Positions 36,797-42,844 of a stretch of DNA of 42,844 nt are shown piece after piece; positions within the stretch are counted from its first letter, which is position 1; the number at the start of each line of letters is the position of its first letter. The position numbers and the translations under genes are program-made. The DNA comes from Bacteroidales bacterium (lineage in GTDB: Bacteria > Bacteroidota > Bacteroidia > Bacteroidales > UBA1556): NCBI GenBank assembly GCA_029939445.1, contig JAOZSY010000001.1:19214-62057 (forward strand). Direction: 5' to 3'. A model generated the notes under the pieces. That model did not search any database and was not told the origin of the DNA. It saw nothing but the letters and a program-made list of their open reading frames with translations.

Positions 36797-38254
36797 TTAT
36801 ATTCCTATGCCATAATATGCTCTTACACCGTTTGGATATAGACCTTCTATAAGTATTCCACCTGAAGTGTTTTTAAGAGCTTCTTCTACTTCTTTTACAG
36901 TTGTAACTTTATTTTTATCTATAGTTTGTAATATAAAGCCTGAACGTATGCCTGCTGATTTAAATAAACCAACTTCAATGCTTGTAACTTGCACACCATA
37001 GTTTATTTGTAAGTTTTTCTTTAAAGAGCTGGATATTACCTCAAATTTGGCTCCTGTGCGTTGCATATTATTCAATTCAGAAACATCATCAAGTTTTGTT
37101 TCACCATATGTATTGGTTAATACAACATCGTAATCTTTAATCTTTTGATTATGAATAATTTCAAGCTTAATCTTATCGCCAGGGCGATGTAAGCCTACTC
37201 TTTCAAGTAATTCTGATGAACTATTAACTGAGATGTTGTCTACCTTTAGAATAATATCACCTTGTTCAATACCTGATTGCTTAGCCGCACCTTTTTCTAA
37301 TATTGATTCTACATAAACTCCTGCAATTTGATCAAGATTAAGTTTTTTAGCTAATTTGGCGTCTACCTCTTTAATTGTAACTCCGATATAAGCTCTTTGA
37401 ACTCTTCCAAACTCTTTAAGATCCTTAACAACCTTCTTTACAATGCTAACAGGAATAGCAAAAGAATAACCAATATAACTACCAGTACGAGAGGCTATTG
37501 CTGCATTTATCCCTACAAGTTTGCCATCAGTATCAACTAATGCGCCTCCTGAGTTGCCAGGATTAACTACTGCATCGGTTTGTAAAAACGATTCGATAGC
37601 TGAATTTGTTCCTAGTATATTTATATTTCTAGCTTTTGCACTAATAATTCCTGCAGTTACTGTTGATGTAAGGTTAAATGGATTACCTACTGCTAGTACC
37701 CATGCTCCTACTTCTAATTTGTCAGAATTGCCATAAGAAATAAACTCTAAATCCTTTTCCTCTATCTTCAATAATGCAAGGTCTGTTGTGGGATCAGTTC
37801 CTATTATTTTTGCATTATAAATTCTTTTATCATTTAGTGTTATTGTAATTTTATCAGCCTCTTGCACTACGTGGTTATTGGTAACAATATATCCGTTGGA
37901 AGATAGAATTACTCCTGAGCCCGATGCTCTTAGTACAGAGTTGCTTCTTTTTTTGTTCCCAAAGAAATCATTAATACTAAAATAATCATCATAAACACTA
38001 CTCTTACTAGTAAATTCGGTAAGTATATATACCACTGAATGAAGTGTTTTATTTGCAGCAACCTTTAAATCAGGACTTGCATATGTAGCATCAGGATTAT
38101 TTCTTACTCTTTGAAACATAGCTGGGTTAATCACCTCATCTTTAATAGTATTATCTGTTATTAGTTCATTATTATTGTTTGTATAATGCTGAAAACCTGC
38201 AACAATTAGCCCTCCAATAATTGCTATTGATAATATTTTAATGAATTCTTTCAT
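36797..38254 (-). CDS. htrA: Do/HtrA family serine endopeptidase with two PDZ domains
   Basis: N-terminal anchor and a catalytic triad context of TNNHVV (His), DLALLKI (Asp) and GNSGGAL (Ser). Two PDZ-like segments are present (GVYVESILEKGAAKQSGIEQGDIILKVDN and GVQVTSIEVGLFKSAGIRSGFIL). Confidence 0.93.
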   Translation of the reverse strand: MKEFIKILSIAIIGGLIVAGFQHYTNNNNELITDNTIKDEVINPAMFQRVRNNPDATYASPDLKVAANKTLHSVVYILTEFTSKSSVYDDYFSINDFFGNKKRSNSVLRASGSGVILSSNGYIVTNNHVVQEADKITITLNDKRIYNAKIIGTDPTTDLALLKIEEKDLEFISYGNSDKLEVGAWVLAVGNPFNLTSTVTAGIISAKARNINILGTNSAIESFLQTDAVVNPGNSGGALVDTDGKLVGINAAIASRTGSYIGYSFAIPVSIVKKVVKDLKEFGRVQRAYIGVTIKEVDAKLAKKLNLDQIAGVYVESILEKGAAKQSGIEQGDIILKVDNISVNSSSELLERVGLHRPGDKIKLEIIHNQKIKDYDVVLTNTYGETKLDDVSELNNMQRTGAKFEVISSSLKKNLQINYGVQVTSIEVGLFKSAGIRSGFILQTIDKNKVTTVKEVEEALKNTSGGILIEGLYPNGVRAYYGIGI

Positions 38255-38532
38255 TATATTTCTGTTTAATTAATTTAATTATTTACGTATTGTTAAGTGA
38301 TTTGTTACATTATTTACTTAAATATTATGATGATATTAATAACTGTTCATTTACATTATTTTTAGTAGTTTATTTTGTATGCAAAAAATATGTATTTGAA
38401 TTATTTTGCAATAATATAGGATACAATAACTCTATAGCGAATACTGAACGCAAATTTAAAAAGTTATTATTAGAATCAAAGTTAAATGGTGTTAATTGAT
38501 TGTGATATTTTATCTAGTTTTTTTAGTATAAA

Positions 38533-39606
38533 CTATTTATATTCGAGCACTTCTGTTTCGTTCTTAATAACGCGAAGTCCATTCATAGCAAGGGCTTTCA
38601 TCTCATCTTCACCAGGATAAACAAATATACGTGCAATATGCTGTATGCGTTTGTTTAACATATCAATAAATGGTTTGCCATACGCAATGCCACCAGTTAG
38701 TAATATTGCGTTTACATTACCTTCTAGTACAGTGGCCATACTGCCAATTTCTTTTGCAACTTGATAAGCCATTCCTTCTTCAATAAGAGCAGCTTTTTTG
38801 TCTCCATTCTTACTTGCAGATTCTACCTTATATGCATCATTAGTATCGAGGTAAGCCATGTATCCCCCTTTACCAACTATCATTTTTTTCATATCATCTT
38901 TGGTGTAATCTCCACTAAAACAGGCTTCAACTACAGCTCCTATTGGAAGAGTTCCTGATCTTTCGGGTGAATACGGACCATCACCATCAAGGGCTTGGTT
39001 TACATCTATTACTTTACCTTTTTTATGAGCTCCAACACTAATTCCACCTCCCATATGGGCAACTATTAAATTTAATTCATTGTATTCTAGGTGGTGAGTT
39101 TTAGCATGATTTCTAGCAATGGCTTTTTGATTTAATGCGTGAAAAATAGATCTTCTTTCAAAATTTGGATGACCCGAAAGTCTTGCTAAATCTTCAAATT
39201 CATCAACAACAACTGGGTCAACAATATAGGCTTTGGCATCAGGAAGTTGTTTTGCTATTTCATTAGCTATTAGTCCGCCAAGGTTGCTAGCGTGCTGGCC
39301 CATTATTCCTGTTTTTAGGTCCTTAATTAAAGCATCGTTAACTGCATAAACTCCTGATGGAATAGGTTTTACGAGTCCACCACGACCCATTACAATTATA
39401 ATTTTATCAGTTTCTATTTGAGCATTTCTTATTTCTTCAAGAATAATATTCATACGAAACTCGAACTGAGATGCAATATCAGTATATGGTTTTAACTCTT
39501 CTGAACTATGAGAAATAGATTTAATAAAAATTCTATTACTTCGTCTATAGATAGCTATTTTTGTAGAGGTAGAACCTGGGTTTATGGCTAAGATTAATTC
39601 TTGCAT
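38533..39606 (-). CDS. buk: Butyrate kinase
   Basis: MQELILAINPGSTSTKIAIY is the ASKHA phosphate-1 motif and VAHMGGGISVGAH is also present. I prefer ATG 39606 because the track's TTG 39639 lies inside a candidate -7 box. Confidence 0.9.
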   Translation of the reverse strand: MQELILAINPGSTSTKIAIYRRSNRIFIKSISHSSEELKPYTDIASQFEFRMNIILEEIRNAQIETDKIIIVMGRGGLVKPIPSGVYAVNDALIKDLKTGIMGQHASNLGGLIANEIAKQLPDAKAYIVDPVVVDEFEDLARLSGHPNFERRSIFHALNQKAIARNHAKTHHLEYNELNLIVAHMGGGISVGAHKKGKVIDVNQALDGDGPYSPERSGTLPIGAVVEACFSGDYTKDDMKKMIVGKGGYMAYLDTNDAYKVESASKNGDKKAALIEEGMAYQVAKEIGSMATVLEGNVNAILLTGGIAYGKPFIDMLNKRIQHIARIFVYPGEDEMKALAMNGLRVIKNETEVLEYK

Positions 39607-39636
39607 ACAACTGATATTATTGTTTCTTATTCTTCG

Positions 39637-39644
39637 CAAAACTA
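39637..39644 (-). promoter_or_regulatory. Candidate -7 promoter box (TAGTTTTG) for buk
   Basis: The minus strand reads TAGTTTTG, 31 nt upstream of ATG 39606. Confidence 0.45.
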
Positions 39645-39772
39645 ATCTAATAATGTATGTTTATTTGTTAAAGAATCTTTTAAAATAGGCTCTTTAGCAT
39701 TGTTTAATATCAACTAACATTTGTAAGTTGAAAACATTTTTTATACTTTAGTTTATACATATTTATCATTAG

Positions 39773-39780
39773 TAAATTTG
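39773..39780 (+). promoter_or_regulatory. Candidate -7 promoter box (TAAATTTG) for the septum-formation-initiator gene
   Basis: TAAATTTG lies 30 nt upstream of ATG 39810. Confidence 0.45.
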
Positions 39781-39809
39781 TGCTGTACTTGTTGAATAAA
39801 TAATTATAT

Positions 39810-40106
39810 ATGAAATCTATTAAGAGTGTTATTAAAGTATTTAAAAATAAATATGTATTAACTATATTGGGATTTCTTGTGCTTATTATATTTATAGATG
39901 CCAATAGTTATCGTCAACAGCGTAGATTAAACAAAGAATTAGCAAAAGTATCTGAAGAGAAAAAGTTTTATGAGAAACAGATTGCTGCAGATAAAAAACG
40001 TGCTAATAAGCTAATGTCTGATGATGAAAGTCTTGAGAAATATGCTAGAGAACATTATTTAATGAAAAAAGATAAAGAAGATGTTTATTTATTAATAATA
40101 AAATAA
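39810..40106 (+). CDS. Septum formation initiator family protein (FtsB/DivIC-like)
   Basis: 98 aa with a single TM helix (YVLTILGFLVLIIFI) followed by a coiled coil. The C-terminal EKYAREHYLMKKDKEDVYLL is typical of this family. Confidence 0.8.
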   Translation: MKSIKSVIKVFKNKYVLTILGFLVLIIFIDANSYRQQRRLNKELAKVSEEKKFYEKQIAADKKRANKLMSDDESLEKYAREHYLMKKDKEDVYLLIIK

Positions 40107-40220
40107 ATTATTCTCCCATAGTAAAAAAAATACCCATCCATTCAGGTTTTGAGTGACTATATTGTATTCACGTATTTAATCCTTATTTTTCTATTATTTA
40201 AAACCAAACTAATTTGCTTA

Positions 40221-42844
40221 TTAGATAGGGGACTCAATAAGAGGAAACTTAATTGTGAACTTAGTGCCTTTACCATATTTAGATGCAACATCTATTTTAC
40301 CATCCATTAGTTCTACCAGGCTTTTTGTAATGCTTAAACCTAAGCCCGATCCTGCAATGATATTTTTGCTTTCTAGCTGAATAAATCTACCAAATATTAG
40401 ATGCAATTTTTCTGGCATAATGCCTATACCACTATCAGATACGGTTATTATTACTTCTTTGTTTACTATATCTGCCGCTATGGAAATATCTCCTTTATTT
40501 GTAAATTTAATTGCATTATCTAACAGGTTATTAAATATTTGATGTATGCGAGTGGTATCTGCGTATATATAAATAGGATTATGTTTAATAATAATATTTA
40601 GCGAAAGGCCATCTTTCTTTTTAATTATTTGATTATAGTTTATTCCAATATTATGTATTATTTTATTTAGGCTAGTAGGTTTACTGTTAATTTCAATTAC
40701 TCCTGATTCTATTTTTGAAATATCTATAATATCATTAATTAGAACGAGTAAATCCTCACCCTTCGATTGTATAATATCTATATATCTATCAATCTCTTTT
40801 TTCGATAAATTATCGTCTTTAAGTAAGTCAGAAAAGCCAATAATTGCATTCATTGGATTTCTAATTTCATGCGACATATTGGCAAGAAAGGCAGTTTTTA
40901 ATCGATCATGTTCTACAGCTTTTTCTTTTGCGGTAAATAGTTCATGTTGTATGCGTTTACTTTCAGTTATATCTCGTACTACAAATAGAATGCAATCTTC
41001 TTTGTTTATCTTAATCATTTGTCCAGATATTAATCCTGAGAATAATTCGCCATCTTTTTTCTTAAACAGAAATTCTTTATTATCAATCTTTCCATCTTTT
41101 TCAAGAAGTGAGATGATTGTTTCTCTATCTTCAATATTATTGTAAATCTCAAGTTCTTTATCTGTTTTGCCGATTAATTCTTTATTACTATAATTGCTAA
41201 TAGTAGAAAAACTAGGATTTACATCTAGTATTAAACCATTATCTCTCCGTAAAATGCTAATTGCATTAGGGTTTGAGTCAAAAATACTGTGGAACTTATA
41301 TTCACTCTCTTTTAATTTATTTGTCCAGTTTATACGATCTGTAATATCTTCAAACATGCTCATTATAGCATTATTATCATTGTACTGAATAGGGGAGCTT
41401 ACTAGTTCAATAACACGTTCTTCACCTTTATTATTATAAAAAATATTCTGAGATTTAGGTAGGGGTAGATTTGTTTTTTTTAGCTTCATCACTCTAGCAG
41501 CTATGTTTTCTTTATTACTAGAATGTATAAAGTCAAAAATATTAATACCGATAAAGTACTTCTTTTTAACTTTGTTTTTACTACCTTTATTCATAAAGTT
41601 CAAGGCTGCAGGGTTTATTTCAATAATCCTAGAATTTTTATGTATAACAATTGGTAGTGGTGTAAGTTTAAAAATTTGCTTGTAATTATTTATTGTGTCT
41701 TTTAGTCTAGTTTCAACTTCTTTTAGTTTTGTAATATCTTCAGCGGTCTTGATATATCCAGTCTTTTCACCTTTTTCATTATTAAACGGTGAGATTTCTG
41801 CTCTTTCCCAATATGTGGCACCATTTTTTGTTTTATTAATAAATTCACCTTTCCAACTTTTATTTTCATTTAGATTTGACCATAAATCATCAGAGGGGTC
41901 TAAGAGTCCAGATTTTAAAATCTCCGGCTCTTCACCTAAAGATTCAGCATAAGAATAGCCAGTTATTTCCGTAAATTTCTTATTTACATAAACTATCCTA
42001 TTTTCTAGATTAGTTATAACTATAATTGATGTACTATGATCAATTGCTTGATTAAGTAAATTTAATTCTTTATTGTTCTTGTTTATCTGGCTAATATCCT
42101 GTGTGTGTGTTATTATCTTTACTATATTTCCTGATGAGTCTCTAACAGCTTTTGCAATTCTATTTGTTTTAATAATTTCACCTTTACTATTAATAAGATC
42201 TAAGCAAACATCAACGTTGCCGGTTTTTAGGAATTTTTTAAAGTTATTCTTAAAATTTTCTTGTTGGTCCTTACTAATATATGTAGATACATGTTTCCCA
42301 ATTATATCTTCTTTGCGATACCCTAAAATCTCACATTCCATACGGTTAACACTCTTAATATAACCATCCTTATCCATAACGCTTATTCCAACTGGTGCTT
42401 CTTCAAATATTGCTGCATATGTGTCTTTAAGATTATCTTTATGATTTGTTGTATTACTATTTATTCTACAAACTTCATTAGAAATACTATCCGATATATT
42501 ATTGATTATCTCATTATGCAATCCACTATTATCAAATGCTATTTCTATATTTAGTACAATTATACCATAGACATCTGTATTGTCTATAATAGATTTGGCA
42601 ATTGTAGGAGTATTGGTTTTAATACAATGATTATTTTTTCTAATTATATCGATAGATTTATCAATACTGTTACTGTTTAAAACGTTTCTATAGCAATCAT
42701 TAATTGCTTGTTTATCTTTACTAGTAGTATCACTATTGCTACAAAATATTGTATTATTCTTTTTTATATATACAAATGCATTGCTATAAAACTTACAACG
42801 GTCAATTAATAGACAAGCTTTATTAAATAAATTTTCTAGATTAT
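40221..42844 (-). CDS. Multi-PAS sensor histidine kinase (5' end probably off the right edge)
   Basis: HisKA H-box is MSHEIRNPMNAI, N-box is NNLLDNAIKFT, G1 is DSGIGI and G2 is GSGLGLS, with several PAS-like modules upstream. The track starts at TTG 42521. My codon-by-codon reading of the same frame from 42522 to 42842 shows no stop and no ATG (..RCKFYSNAFVYIKKNNTIFCSNSDTTSKDKQAINDCYRNV..YGIIVLNIEIAFDNSG-L-HNEII). Confidence 0.85.
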   Translation of the reverse strand, partial: NLENLFNKACLLIDRCKFYSNAFVYIKKNNTIFCSNSDTTSKDKQAINDCYRNVLNSNSIDKSIDIIRKNNHCIKTNTPTIAKSIIDNTDVYGIIVLNIEIAFDNSGLHNEIINNISDSISNEVCRINSNTTNHKDNLKDTYAAIFEEAPVGISVMDKDGYIKSVNRMECEILGYRKEDIIGKHVSTYISKDQQENFKNNFKKFLKTGNVDVCLDLINSKGEIIKTNRIAKAVRDSSGNIVKIITHTQDISQINKNNKELNLLNQAIDHSTSIIVITNLENRIVYVNKKFTEITGYSYAESLGEEPEILKSGLLDPSDDLWSNLNENKSWKGEFINKTKNGATYWERAEISPFNNEKGEKTGYIKTAEDITKLKEVETRLKDTINNYKQIFKLTPLPIVIHKNSRIIEINPAALNFMNKGSKNKVKKKYFIGINIFDFIHSSNKENIAARVMKLKKTNLPLPKSQNIFYNNKGEERVIELVSSPIQYNDNNAIMSMFEDITDRINWTNKLKESEYKFHSIFDSNPNAISILRRDNGLILDVNPSFSTISNYSNKELIGKTDKELEIYNNIEDRETIISLLEKDGKIDNKEFLFKKKDGELFSGLISGQMIKINKEDCILFVVRDITESKRIQHELFTAKEKAVEHDRLKTAFLANMSHEIRNPMNAIIGFSDLLKDDNLSKKEIDRYIDIIQSKGEDLLVLINDIIDISKIESGVIEINSKPTSLNKIIHNIGINYNQIIKKKDGLSLNIIIKHNPIYIYADTTRIHQIFNNLLDNAIKFTNKGDISIAADIVNKEVIITVSDSGIGIMPEKLHLIFGRFIQLESKNIIAGSGLGLSITKSLVELMDGKIDVASKYGKGTKFTIKFPLIESPI

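Noticed and set aside
38290-38499. 69-aa plus-strand ORF in the buk-htrA spacer
   Set aside because: It has a TTG start in extremely AT-rich intergenic DNA, a Tyr/Asn/Phe/Leu-biased composition, and no promoter box in front. It is more likely the htrA upstream region.
39637-39639. TTG start used by the track for buk (adds MRRIRNNNISC)
   Set aside because: The codon lies inside the candidate TAGTTTTG -7 box, and the extension is not part of the conserved kinase N-terminus. ATG 39606 gives the canonical M-x-x-ILAINPGSTSTK start.
39710-39904. 64-aa minus-strand ORF overlapping the start of the septum-formation-initiator gene
   Set aside because: It spans the divergent promoter region and the 5' end of a well-supported plus-strand gene, and its sequence is AT-rich and low-complexity.
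40879-42363. Five plus-strand ORFs (60-96 aa) inside the histidine kinase gene
   Set aside because: They are antisense to a kinase with clear H, N, G1 and G2 boxes. Their Ser/Leu/Phe/Ile-rich composition is typical of antisense frames.
1-42844. Whole-window scan for CRISPR arrays, IS elements/transposases, toxin-antitoxin pairs, restriction-modification or other defence modules, and rRNA genes
   Set aside because: I saw no spaced direct repeats, no terminal inverted repeats flanking an ORF, and no transposase, integrase, nuclease or methylase motifs. Every sizeable ORF is accounted for by housekeeping, envelope or surface-protein functions.

Overview
This is an AT-rich chromosomal segment that looks like Bacteroidota. 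Evidence: a T9SS type-B C-terminal sorting domain, recurring TAnnTTTG -7 promoter boxes, essentially no Shine-Dalgarno motifs before start codons, DUF6089/DUF1599/BT_3928-type genes and a short ~288-aa RpoD. The content is mostly core housekeeping. On the minus strand: an SDR, a hypothetical exported protein-ftsK-lolA run, and buk, htrA, rpoD. On the plus strand: bactofilin-AtpZ, HU, RNase G, recX-prfB-nadK, DUF6089-uppS-bamA-ompH-ompH, and tpiA-ruvX-def. Interspersed are two very large secreted adhesin-like proteins, a GT4 glycosyltransferase and a multi-PAS histidine kinase. The supplied ORF track misses or misrepresents five things: (1) an ORF of at least 1681 codons on the minus strand (5044..1) that runs off the left edge; (2) a tRNA-His (5315..5389, minus) hidden under a spurious ORF; (3) a 29-codon Arg/Lys-rich bS22-like gene (18643..18732); (4) the first 21 codons of prfB and its programmed +1 frameshift (CTT TGA C at 21226..21232); (5) the histidine kinase reading frame, which stays open to the right edge (42844). 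I saw no CRISPR array, transposase, integrase, toxin-antitoxin pair or recognisable defence system, and no convincing novel multi-gene system. The best unknown-function candidates are the 608-aa NMO/FabK-like TIM-barrel protein with a Cys-bearing extension (16307..18133), the DUF1599/BT_3928 pair (31586..33395) and the small pair at 34479..35692. All domain calls come from motif recognition by eye, not from searches.
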